A DNA stretch of 63,547 nucleotides, filler included, from Octopus bimaculoides (taxonomy: Eukaryota), in assembly GCF_001194135.2 (NCBI RefSeq). It is 6 parts of 6 records of this genome, joined end to end, with 100 filler letters (N's around TTAATTAATTAA, not from the genome) between each part and the next. Parts side by side here need not be neighbours in the genome. Positions count along the whole stretch, not along the records: positions 1 to 28,081 come from NC_068984.1; 5 more parts are not named here. One strand, given 5' to 3'. Below are positions 14,251-26,623 of this stretch, piece after piece (within the stretch, counting starts at the first letter, position 1; each line of letters begins with the position of its first letter). The translations under genes were made by a program, and so were the position numbers. Under the pieces are notes generated by a model. The model saw nothing but the letters and a program-made list of their open reading frames with translations, was not told the DNA's origin and made no database searches.

Positions 14251-15883
14251 GTCCGTTGTACTTTTATGTTCAGTAATTTTGATTTCGAGCTAAAAATCTG
14301 TTTCATATCTTACTGGCTTAAACGATTTACTTTTCTCTTTTTAAATCATATAATTTAATTGAAAAATCTATATTAACATTTAACTTTAGCTTCCAATTGA
14401 ACCAGGTTAGTAGCAAATGAAGTTAAAACTAGATCATCAAAATATGTATTGAAAAAAATATACTAAACAATATTTTAAGATCCTTTTTCATAAAATGATC
14501 ACCACAAGGTAGTTATACGCATAACAGCTCTTCTATAATAAAATAGAATGAACTGAAATATTTATCGCAAATGAGAAGAAATTTGTAAAAGAGTATATTC
14601 TCTTTTATGAGTGTGATTATATTATGTCAGTCATCGACATTGTGGAAAATCGATACTAAGATCTTAAGTGATATCAGCCTTGCCTAACACTTTGAGAGAA
14701 TTTCATTACAAAACTCACAGCTTTCGTTGAACGATCTCCACCTCGGCGTAAATGCGTTATCTTTATGAATGATTTAAATTCAGATGTAGTGTTACATACA
14801 TACTGGGTGTAATTCTGTTTAAATGTAAGATAAAAAGGTGTGATATAGTAATGTAATAAAGCAAAGTGTTTGGATATCAGACTATATTACAATATATTTT
14901 AGATTATCAGATACAGAAAATCGCACACGTATGCACATATATTTATAGGTAACTGTATGGGTAGTTAGAGGCCTGATGAACTGTATGATATTGTTATTGG
15001 CATTAGGAAAGTATAAGCCCGGACATGCTATACAACTAAACTAAATTTTAAGGTCGATGCTATCATACATAGTCAAATGAGTCAAGAAATATTAACTAAA
15101 ATTACTTGTGAGGAGAAAAGAAATAGGTATTAGCGTAATGATCAATTCCAATGAGGAAAGAAGGGAAAACTATTCGGAAAGTTAATTGAAAATAAATGTT
15201 GTAAGTGTAGTCAGGTGAGTGAAATTAATCTTAATATTGCAAAAAAAGGCAGACCTGAAATTTAGAAGATAATATCATTGCTTCACTGAATATTATGTAA
15301 GCTGAATTTATATAAACTCGAGTTTTGGAACACTACAACTAAACTTATTATGTATNNNNNNNNNNGGGCGGGGAAATAGGGGCGGGGAAGTAGGGGCGGT
15401 TCACTCGGGCAGCACTTTTAAAGGGGCACCACTGCTGTAGTAGGCAATATGTGATTTTTGTGAGGTCCGCTAGTGTATGTGCAGTCCATAGAACAAGTCA
15501 AAGGGGGAATACGCACTTCCATCTATACTGTTTTCTGTATAGCTCTATAAGGGTATGAAACGTTATTCAGTTATATATTGGCAATGGTATTTCACATTGA
15601 GATTAATCTGTGTAAGAATTTGCAATTTTACGAGTTGGCATTGTTGAGAGCTATGCATAATTGGGCTGAATATACCCATTATAACTATAGCAGACGGACA
15701 AACAGTAAGCTTCAGTGAAAAGGAAAGAAAACCTCGTATTCCTTCGCTCACCTGTCATACTTTCCCAAATTCTTTAGAGGTTAAATATTTTTACAGAACT
15801 AGCATACCCGTGTCGACAAAAATACCGACAGTTTTATTAATGATAGAGGCCTGCGCATCAACACCATGTGAGAAGGCATCGAT

Positions 15884-16005
15884 AAATGTCAGCAATCTTG
15901 TAAATAAATGTACATATACAGGATTGAAGCATTTGAAGAATGGTAAATGTCAGCAGTCTTGTAAATAAATGTACGGACACAGGATTGAAGCATTTAAAGA
16001 ATGCT
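15884..16005. repeat. 61-bp tandem duplication (2 copies)
   Basis: AAATGTCAGCA(A/G)TCTTGTAAATAAATGTAC...CAGGATTGAAGCATTT(G/A)AAGAATG at 15884 and 15945. Confidence 0.9.
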
Positions 16006-16168
16006 TCAATCCTTTCTATATTAACCAAAATGAAGTAGATTGGCAAATTTATTTTTTGAACCAGTTGAAGACACACGAGATGTCAAAATATCGTTCACTA
16101 GATAACAAATGGCACTCTTCTTTTAATGTTGACTCTGTATCTTCAGGAGGATTTACCTCAATCTTTTC

Positions 16169-16169
<1 letters not shown>

Positions 16170-16232
<63 letters not shown>
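16170..16232. repeat. (ATT)n microsatellite
   Basis: Directly visible. Confidence 0.95.
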
Positions 16233-16236
<4 letters not shown>

Positions 16237-19200
16237 TCTGCAGGAATCCTGATGTGAAATGGTATGTTGTATAGCTACTGTGTTGTAATTATAAATTGAT
16301 ACTCTTTTCTTTGATGTTACTACATGTAATAACAAGCCGAGGCTGGGGTAACAGACAAACTATAATAACATTTCAATCCTGCGAATTATTATTGTTTCTC
16401 AGCAGCAGTGTTTATGTTTATGGTACTACCTAGGTGTCGAAACCACAGTACTGTCTGTTTGGCAGCTGACAATGGGAATACATATTTTCTATTCTTATTT
16501 ATGAATTTTTATATTATTTTCGTTATTCTGAGTTGTCCTTCGTTCTAGTGAACTGGAAAATGTTTGTGGAGATTATTTACATTGATATTGGTTGTTTTTC
16601 TTCATAGATATTCTTATTAAGCTCAAGTAACGCTTAGATTCTGTGGCCTATATATATACATAACTATTGATTTTGTAATAACTAAAATGATGCTATGTGG
16701 CCATTCCATTTATATAGCTTTTCAATGAAATTACAACTACATCATGTATATATGGGATAAGCAGCCATGTTAACAATACTACACAAGGAATGCACAGGAA
16801 AGTATGACCGACACGCCTATCGACAAATACCTTGCCTACACATCGTATTTATGTAGGCAGAATCGCTATTATTTCAGGAGCATAACAACTTGGAAAGTTT
16901 TGCTGAACAATAAACCATCATGTATATTTCTCACATATTCTAATAATTCTAAATTATATACCGTATTATTCTGTACAAGTAAGTCCGAGTCACAAGGTCT
17001 CTTTTCCGATATTGAAAATAAGCAGCATTAAAAAAATATTAAATCATAAAGGAAAATTGTATTTCGTATGTTATATTTTTTATCTATGATTCAAGTATAA
17101 TAATAACCCCTTAATCATATTCACTCATACAATACAGCATTCGCAATGACTATGAGCATATTGTTCTATGGTTCCAGTTGTACGACAAATATAGTATGTT
17201 ATCAATGTATTTTGTAAGTTACACATGCGTTCTATGAGGTCTTAAAGGAATATTTTCTTCGTAATTTTTAAAAAATTGATTTAGTTAAATATAGCTAAAC
17301 ACTTCCCACTCTTATTTGAACAAAACATAGATGTATATATGTATCACAAATTATAGATGTATATATATATGTATATATAACAGCTTCGATTTAAGCATGT
17401 GGAGTAGCTATAAAGTAATGCAAGCCTACGTGCATTCACACAAACGCGACATAAATGCATAGGTGTATACGTGTGCATATGATGGATGTTTATATGTATA
17501 TATATATGTATATATNNNNNNNNNNNNNNNNNNNNNNNNNNNNNNNNNNNNNNNNNNNNNNNNNNNNNNNNNNNNNNNNNNNNNNNNNNNNNNNNNNNNN
17601 NNNNNNNNNNNNNNNNNNNNNNNNNNNNNNNNNNNNNNNNNNNNNNNNNNNNNNNNNNNNNNNNNNNNNNNNNNNNNNNNNNNNNNNNNNNNNNNNNNNN
17701 NNNNNNNNNATATATATATATATATATATAAAATACATACTTGCATACAGTAATATAATTACACGATACATTTTTACGAAAACAAAAATGATTTCTAATT
17801 CATATGGAAAGTGTATATAATTTTGAAGGCAGTAACACGCACCCTAATAACAGGAAAAAGTAGGCCGACACTCAAAAACGAGTATAACCTGATGAATTGT
17901 ACTGCAGTTTCGCTAATTCTTTTCGTTGCCATTAAAGTTGTGAGCATATATAGATTTCTGTCTCTCGGCCGTTCCACCTTTACACCAGAGGAACATCGAG
18001 GATTACATTGTGGAAAAGAGAGAAAGCTGCATCGTAGTAAGTAGGTACTCATTTTCAGTAAAAGAGTCCTAATAACATAAAAAAATATCTGTCTTACACG
18101 AATACTCACCTCACTGTGTTACTCCATGAATCAAACATTGTTGGATCTTACTATCTAAAACCAAACACTCTAACCATTAGGCTACACACCTTCAAATATA
18201 TGTAAGCAGACATGCAAAGAGATTTATGGATTAAAATATAACAATATATGAATATTCATATATATCTACAGAACTTAACAAACTTTGTAGAGTGTACTCC
18301 ATATATCTTTTACCGAAGAAACATCACACATCTTAAACAAAAATAACATGCATTTCCTTGACTTTTATTTTGTTTATGATAAAGAGTTAAAAAGTATGAT
18401 TACACATTTGAAGATGTTATCTGAACTATTAAATTTTTCTACGTTAGGAAAAGCGCTTCAAAGGAAACCGGTATATAATTTTATCTGTATACCTGCACAC
18501 ATAAAATACCTACAGAAGGTTTCTTATCTACCTAAGTTTTATTAGAATATGGATGCATGGAGTTTACATAAGAAAAAACGAAATGTTCAAACTTCGCTTA
18601 TCATTTAATCAATTTCAGTCGTCTGTTAACGTAATTCAGTTTCAAGAAAGGAATTTCAGTAGTTTCGATTTAAGAAAACGTAAAAGATACAACCTAGTTG
18701 CAGTATAAATATCTACTGACGAATATATATATATTGAATTTGAGGTGGGCGAAAACGCATAAACGCAAACTAAATGCTTCTTTCAAATAAAATTCTATGC
18801 GCTACATCAAAATTACAAGGCACTGAATGCTAATGAAAATCTTCCTTGAAATTCAAGGTTTTGGGACTAAGTCGATACATCGTCATTTTAGTGTTAAAAA
18901 AAAAAAAAACTGTAAGCAGAATGAAGTATGTATAAAAGAAAAATTGGTATTTCGTATGAAATCAATTTATTTTCTTTCTCCGTAGAAAGGTTACACGAAA
19001 ACTATATCCTATATCAGTTTAATAGTATATTATACAGCAGCGAATTATACATACATACCTACACATATAAAATAACACAAACACACCAATGTGTTTGCGA
19101 GTGTGTGCGTCTGTTCGTGTCGATTTGTACGTGTGTTTGTGTGTAAATGAAAATTTGGATAAATATTATAATCGATTTAGTACAGAGATAGCTTTTGCGT

Positions 19201-19395
19201 TTCGATATAATTTCATCAACTTTATCAATTTAGCTGCAATTTTCAACATAATGATATATTCAACATTGATACACACCTATATTTCATACGCGCGCGCGCA
19301 CACACACATATGTACAAACTTTCGCGCAAACATATACGTGCATGCGTATTGAAATATACTTACATAATACATATATATAGCTGCTTGCGTGTATA

Positions 19396-19433
<38 letters not shown>

Positions 19434-19784
19434 NNNNNNNNNNATATATATATATATACGGAGGCATGTGGCACATACATGTTTATACCTGCGTTTGTGA
19501 ATGTATTTATATTTAAACTTTGGATCTTGAAAATAAAGACGCAAGGTTTCAAATATGTCGAATCTGTTTTTTTTTTTTTTGTACAGATTATGTGGTGATA
19601 GTGAGCGAAGGAAACAATTTAACTGCTTTTGAGTGATATTAAAAGTTCTTTCCTACTCCTCATCCAGGCACAGGTAAGGACGCCATTCGGTAGCTAGGAA
19701 TTATTAATGAGGAACGGATCTGACGAAATAGAAAGAAGTATTCTCCTTTCCTTTTGTTAGAAATCGCAACATTTTACTAAAATT

Positions 19785-20205
19785 ACTCTTTACTCTTTAC
19801 TCTTTTACGTGTTTCAATCATTTGACTGCGGCCATGCTGGAGCACCGCCTTTAGTCGAGCAAATCGACCCCAGGACATATTATTTGTAAGCCTAGTATTT
19901 ATTGTATCGGTCTCTTGCCGAACCGCTAAGTTAAGGGGACGTAAACACACCAACATCGGTTGTCAAGCGATGTTGTGGGGACAAACACATACACACACAC
20001 GCACACACACACACACACACACACATACACACATATATATATGTACATATATACGACAGGCTTCTTTCAATTTCCGTCTACCAAATCCACTCACAAGGCT
20101 TTGGTCGGCTCGAGGCTATAGTAGAAGACACTCGCCCAAGGTGCCACGCAGTGGGACTGAACCCGGAACCATGTGCTTGGAAAGCAAGCTATTTACCACA
20201 CAGCC
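19785..20205 (-). mobile_element. Full-length tRNA-headed SINE (family A here) with internal CA/TA microsatellite; CpGs retained
   Basis: Minus-strand head GGCTGTGTGGTAA...GGTTCCGGGTTCAGTCCC. Homologous to copies at 45391-45756, 46020-46395, 33655-33830 and 26500-26620. Confidence 0.85.
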
Positions 20206-20519
20206 AAATTTTTTTTAAATAGTAACTAAAGAGAGGTTCATTCGAATCCACAAATACGAAAGTTTGATCAGATAGTTAAACGAAACAATTGTTTGTAATA
20301 TACATACAAGGTCTCAGAATAGACAGCATAGTAACAATTGCTCCAAATCACCCCTGATAGCTCAAATGGTGGAGTTGTGACGTGGAGTCCTTAGAAATGA
20401 GTTTGAAGTAAGTTTTAGATTTATGGGATGGGGTTGAATATTAGGGAAGCGTTATAAACATGCATGATGCATCATTAGGATACATATGAAAATGACACAA
20501 TACTTTTTTTCTGTTTTTT

Positions 20520-21100
20520 TGTAGCAACAGTTTTGTCATTATGGCAGCTTCCTTGCAATGTCATTTTCAAGAGACAATACGCATAAGGAATTTCAGCGCT
20601 CTTCATTCATGGTAGACCGAAATTCCTTCTTTACAAAAGAAATATTTGAGGAATTCTTTTCTGCTTCACAGCTCGTGATAGGCATTCTCAAGTACAGCTT
20701 ATGTGGTTATATTAGGGGACGCTTCAGTTAATCGCTGCGCGTAAATAAGCTGAAGAACTTCTGTGCGTTGCATTTTAGATGGCATTGTTTCTTTTACGTT
20801 CCGGGATTTCATTTATTAATTTGTGGTCAGTATCGTCATTGTAATGTGATATTGTAAGTTTGATACTGCTCTCATCACATTCTGAATTGTTTATCAATTC
20901 TGAGAGAAACTTGAGCCTTTTTGCAATCTGCTCATATGGGTCCATCCACTTCCTTAATTGGATTATCAAGCAGTCATAGATTTGGTTTAGAAATTCTATC
21001 CTAAATTTTTCAGCCCCTTTCAAAGAAGCCCTGTCACTTGTTCCATCTGCAAATTTCTTTGTAACAATATGTTTGGAAACATCGGAATAGTTTGAGGTGC
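20520..21100 (-). mobile_element. Decayed hAT transposase C-terminus (ZMYM1-like, dimerization domain)
   Basis: EKFRIEFLNQIYDCLIIQL (ORF 20775-21023), followed downstream by LRMPITSCEAEKN...EFRSTMNEER*NSLCVLSLENDI, the typical hATC motif. Confidence 0.8.
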
Positions 21101-21609
21101 TTTATTTACACAAACATTTTGCTACCGATTCATAGTTTACAATACTGTTGGCTGAATTTTCTCGTAGTTCTCCAACAAATGAAAGAAAAGATACTAGCAG
21201 AAGTTAACTTTCAAATACACTAGAACCAGGGGTTTGGAGTTTCTTGTTTTGTTAAAACGCTTGATAAATTCTTTCCAAATTTTACTAACTTGTGGTATAA
21301 ATTCTTTGCATCTCGCTTACATTCAGGCTTCTCTTCTGATTTTTCAAACATATCTACGACTACGTTATCCAATATATTCCACTCATTAAATACAATACGA
21401 GAAATTTAGAATGAGATGTGGCCGCTATTTTATACTAGCCGATATTGTGGGATATATTTGCTTACTTTGAATGTTGAGGCTTTCGCAGTAGCTCACTCTG
21501 TAGAAAGCAATATGCTATACATATCAAATCCTACAGTTCAAACGCAATATACATTCAAACTTTTTCCTTGTCTTTTCCAAAGACATGTTTACAATATTGA
21601 AATGTAATC

Positions 21610-21725
21610 CGTGAGGGACTACGAATTAGCAGAATCGTTAGATAGGCAGATAGAATTCCATGCGAAATTCGTTCAGACTTTCTGCGTTCAAATCCTGTCA
21701 AGTTTACCTGTCATCTCTTTAAGGT
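21610..21725 (+). mobile_element. Degenerate SINE head (family D here)
   Basis: GCAGAATCGTTAG...TTCTGCGTTCAAATCC matches the reverse complement of the heads at 51330-51425. Confidence 0.5.
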
Positions 21726-21849
21726 CGTGCAAAATGCTGGCAGCATTCCGTCTCTTACCCGAACCCAATCAACTCCTCCAGATCGACCTCTTCAATCTCT
21801 TCTCCAGCCGCCGCTGCACAATTCCTTCTCTCCACTTTCCCGTCCATCC

Positions 21850-22300
21850 CATTCAAACATCCAACCAACTCCTCCTCAGACGAATCACATTCTAGGGAAG
21901 AACATCTCAAACCACTCAACCTCTCGCTTGGCGCCCCTCCATCATACAGGAGGCAAGAGGTCACCCCACTAGGGCAGCCAAACATACATGTGTACCAAAC
22001 AAATCCAACAATGCAACTGAACCATAAACCGGAAGTCACATACTCTCGAGTTTCTTTCTATCTCCCGGCAACTGATCTATTTATAAAGGCTGGTACTACC
22101 ACTTTTTACCGGGAGGGGTGTACAGTTTTACTATACAACAGAAGAACATACGTAATACATTACCTACCAGTACATCGTATAAGCATGCCTGCATCAATAA
22201 TGATGCCTATACGTAACTATTTTGCCTGCAAGTTCGAATTATCCTTAGTCAAGTGACTCCTATGAAAGGTCCAAAACTATGTGATTAATCTTTCTTAAAC
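21850..22300 (+). mobile_element. Possible Penelope-like GIY-YIG C-terminal remnant
   Basis: Frameshifted pieces GRTSQTT / SRLAPLHHTG / EVTPLGQPNIHVYQTN resemble PLE endonuclease C-termini. Recognised by eye only. Confidence 0.3.
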
Positions 22301-22394
22301 ACATGCAGTGTCGACTTTAGTAGATATGTGCACTGTTTATGTACTTCAATAGTCGACTTAATTTGTCAACAGTTTTTTTTTTTTACTACTGGTC

Positions 22395-22680
22395 CACCGC
22401 TGGCCACGACGAGGTTTCCAGATGCGATCAACGGAACAGTTTGCTCGTGTAATGGAAGGGTAAATGGCTGAGCACTCCACAGAACCGTGTACTCATTCTA
22501 TAGTTCTGAAGGAGATTCTGTGTGACACAGAATGAGACAAGGCTTGTCCTTTGAACTACAGGTACGACTCATTTTAGAGTGAGCTCGGTGCATTGGAGTA
22601 ACAAAAGACAACGCATCACCGGCAGTCGAACTGACGACCTTTCAATCATCAGCTGAATACCCTTACCACTAAGCCTTCAA
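22395..22680 (-). mobile_element. SINE (family F here)
   Basis: Shares GATCAACG(G/A)AACAG...GCTGAGCACTCCACAGA with 52480-52780. tRNA-like head on the minus strand near 22630-22678. Confidence 0.65.
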
Positions 22681-24107
22681 TTGGTTAAAATACCACTCAA
22701 ACAACTGTATCAGAATTTTTTTCTCACCAACTAGTCTCAGGGTAAATGCGTACGGCCATGGCTGTTACACTCTCCAATAGATTCTTTAGTTGTTAACACG
22801 ATTAGAGATCATTGCAATTTGCAGCCATTAAAGAATGTCAGCACCATTTAATTATGTCAAGTAGCATGATAGAATCTTGTGTATGTTTGGAGATGTGAGT
22901 GCTGTCTTTACATACAATTTGAATACATCATCAAAGTGCGTTACATTCCGATAATTTCTGGTTAGCACCATTGACACTATAGAGTGCAAATGTGCATTAT
23001 CTTACTGAATCAGTGTTAATGATAGCGTTTTCTCTTCAATTTAATTGTTAATCAGGAAATTAGATTATCAGTGGAAATCAATGATTAGAAAGATAAATCA
23101 TGAAAATATTTGTTCAAGTTGTCTCACACAGGACCAGAATATTAATCCGCGGAGTAACCTATTGTTAATGAATACCTAATATGAGTAGGCCATTCCACGA
23201 TGAGAAATAAGAATAGTATCAATGCTATAGTGTTACATGGTTCGGATCTGCAACAGAAATAGTTTTGGCCGATTACCCGTAATGAAATAATGTTCTTAAA
23301 CACTAAATTATTGCTTTGTATCAGAGGAGTATTCATTATACATTCCTTTCTTAATGTACTGTAGTGATCAATGATTAATAGTTCGTAGCAATGAAATGAG
23401 GTAGAAAAATGTGAGCGAAGGACAAATAACCAACATTTTATTCACTTGGTTTAATAAGCCAGAATTGGGTGAATAGTTGATTGTGATTAATTATTTATAA
23501 TAGTATTTACAAATGATTATTTGCATTGAAGAGAATAGACAAATAATTATATTATCTAAACAATTTAATTTTATATTAATTTATAATAATTATGAAAAAT
23601 TATTAACTTACGATTTTCTTATTCATCTACCTTATAATTTTGAATATAATACACAGCACTTATTCTGTGCAGAGTGATAAATCCGACACCAGGTTGCTGC
23701 TACATATAATTTTAGTACCGTAAGGCTTCTAATTCAGACATTCGAAGTTCACATTATATCTCTTTGTTGTGACGCTTACACCGCGGTTAAACGGCTACAT
23801 TGGACGTGTTGTCCAAGTCACGTAGGAAATATACAAACTCACACTCACACACACACACATACACAGACGCACGCACACAGAGACGAATGCACACAGAGAC
23901 GAACGCACACACAGATGCACGCACACAAAGACGCACGTGCACATACAAACATGTCCTGTGTATACGTTTGGGGAAGTATGTAATATTTATTATCAAAATA
24001 ATTGTATATATCGTCTTACACTTATTTGTACTAATGTATACTGTCTGCACGGGTGTCCTCTATACGTCTTCACTTCCGAAGAACCTGATGGGTACAATTG
24101 TTCAGTT

Positions 24108-24187
24108 CAGGCATATGGCGTAGTGGTTAAGAGCGCGAGCTACTAACCCCAAGATTCCGAGTTCGATTCCAGGCAGTGACCTGAATC

Positions 24188-24233
<46 letters not shown>

Positions 24234-24410
24234 CAACAACAGCAACGACAACAACATCGAAAAATATCTTAAGAATGAGAACCCAGGTTCGAAATCTACC
24301 CAAGACACCTGATGAAGGCTGGAGGGTATATCAGCCGAAACGTTGTGTTAACAACAAACAAAATGAGGACAAATACCTGTCAAATGTAAATAATGTAAAT
24401 AACGTAAATA
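24108..24410 (+). mobile_element. tRNA-headed SINE-like element with (AAT)n(AAC)n linker and a Penelope-type tail carrying a hammerhead motif
   Basis: A box TGGCGTAGTGG, B box GAGTTCGATTCC, microsatellite, then CTGATGA..GAAAC core and a TGTAAATAA-repeat tail. Confidence 0.75.
24304..24349 (+). ncRNA. Minimal type I hammerhead ribozyme motif
   Basis: Stem I GACAC/GUGUU; core CUGAUGA(A); stem II GGCUG/CAGCC; GAA; palindromic stem III ACGU. Predicted cleavage after GUU (U24344). Confidence 0.7.
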
Positions 24411-26499
24411 ACGATACAATTTTTCTTCTGGAAATAAGGTCTCCTTTATAAATGGAATTCGAAACAATATCGTAATTAATATATTTCTTACATTCTGAAA
24501 TTAAAATATCACTACAACCAACTCCTTCTCCTTCAAGGGACATACAAAATAACTATGACTGAACATGATTAGTAGATATTGCAAAACACTGACAACTCAC
24601 TACATATCAATCTTGCATAATTTTCTTTAAATCACGGCTACATCTTTCCCATAGAGTTTATGCTTATCATTAGGTTCTGCTATAAGTAAGTTATTTTTAT
24701 GTCTCATTCAGTTCGATGAACTTGCAAACCCACGACGCAAATTCCTATTTTGATTTAAAGTACGTGCATTGATTCATTTTTGATATTATTTCACATAAAT
24801 GATTCTGCATGAAAGGTAAAAAAAAATTAAAAAAAAAAACTTAAAATATTTCATTTCCATAAGGGAGGAGTTGCTGAAATTCAGAACATGATGGTTCGAA
24901 AGGGTTTCTGATAAAAAAGAATAAAATGTTTTGCTTTATCGCTACACATGCTCATACACAAGCACGCGCAAGCGAGTATATGTGTGTATATAATGTATAA
25001 TGCATACACATATACATGCAAACAAACTAATACAAAATTCATATATGTGCGATATCATCTAATATCTCAAAAAATAACAGAAGTTTGCGTGAAGTATCGT
25101 ACGTTAGTTGTAAGAATTTTTATAGTTCTTTCCGCACACTGAAGACTGTTAATACTGAAACACTTTTACTTCCTTTGCATGTGACTGTAACAGAATATAT
25201 ACTTACATCAGCTTACTTACCGGTGCTTATTTTAGGCTGACATGGTGTTTTCTACTTGAATCCAAGTTGACGGTAAATAATTTCAAGTCAAGATTTTTTA
25301 AGTTTTATTTTATTTTTTGTTTGTACTTGGAAATAAAACACTTCAAGAGGAGACACGTTTCTAAAAGGTTGGGACACGGTAAAAATGTTCCATACTTCAC
25401 TGTTTTTGTTCGACTTGATAACAAGTAGCAGTTCTGCCAGCCATTTGCGCTTTGGCTTAAAATCCCGAAATGACATTGCTTGGTGATAAACGTACACGAC
25501 GACTGACTAAACACCACCACCCACCGTATTTGTTACTTTTAGCAGTACCCAAGCTCTAGAATGCATTTGGACTCAGTCTTCGAAATCAGAAGTCCAGCAA
25601 TGCCCAGAGACTTTGTAAATGGCGATCGGCGCTGCATGTTTCCTGAATAAGAACAATATATATTTTATGTATATTTCCGTATGAATAAGGACTGAAATGA
25701 ATTTAATTATTGAAAAAATTCTTTATAAAATCCAAACCGAAGTTACATCAAAAGATGGTTTTGGTGATTGTTTGTTGGTCGGCAAACAGATGAATTCACC
25801 AGAGAAGCGATCACAACAGAAAAGTATTGACACGAAATCAATGTGATCTTTAAAAGAAATTGTAGCGTATATATATTTAGCATTGGTAAATAGGAACTTT
25901 TCAATATGATAGTACAACAACGCTCAACCGCACGTCGAAGAACCAACGCTACAGAAACTGAACGAATTAAAATAAGAAACTCAGCTTCCTGAAACACCAT
26001 ACGTAGCGGAGAACTTGCCTACCGCACGCATTTTGAAAACTTGTTGAGAAAAATAATCTTCGACGATTAAATAGCATCAAAAGTGCCTTTGAAGATTTCA
26101 TCATATACAGAACTTACAATCTCTACGAGACCGGAATAAGTAAAATTGGGCATTGTTAGAAAAAGATGTATTAATTATTTTGGATTGTTTTAGATTTCTG
26201 TCATCAATCTTAAATGAGGAAATATCAATGAAACTGGTTCAAAAACCGACTTACTTTTTGAACAACCCGATATTATTTAATTCTCTTTGATTACGCTGTA
26301 TTGTGTATTAAATACATCTTGTTTAATTAACAATGCGCCTTTTAAGCAGAGATTATACAAATTAAGCCAGCCATTATACATCTTTATTTTTGCATATCTA
26401 AAGTTTCTAGAGCCGAAAGGGAATATGGTTACTTTGTTTTAATAACCTTTTAAGCCAAATGTTTCTTTCTCGCTCTCTCTCTCTCAAGATATATATATA

Positions 26500-26620
26500 G
26501 GCGTAAAAGTGGTTGTGTGGTAAGAAGTTTGCTTATTATTCCGGCTTCAATCCTACTGCCGTTCACAGCCTTGTGAGTGGGTTTGGTAGATGGAAACTGA
26601 AAGAAGTCCGTCGTGTATAT
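26500..26620 (+). mobile_element. Partial SINE family A head
   Basis: GTGTGGTAAGAAG...CCTTGTGAGTGG..TTTGGTAGA.GGAAACTGAAAGAAG.CCGTCG, internally deleted. Confidence 0.75.
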
Positions 26621-26623
26621 GTA

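Noticed and set aside
14970-15020. CTGATGA...GAAA on the + strand
   Set aside because: Stems II and III cannot form.
24108-24185. tRNA gene
   Set aside because: A and B boxes are present but there is no closed acceptor stem, and the sequence runs into a microsatellite and repeat tail. It is a SINE head.
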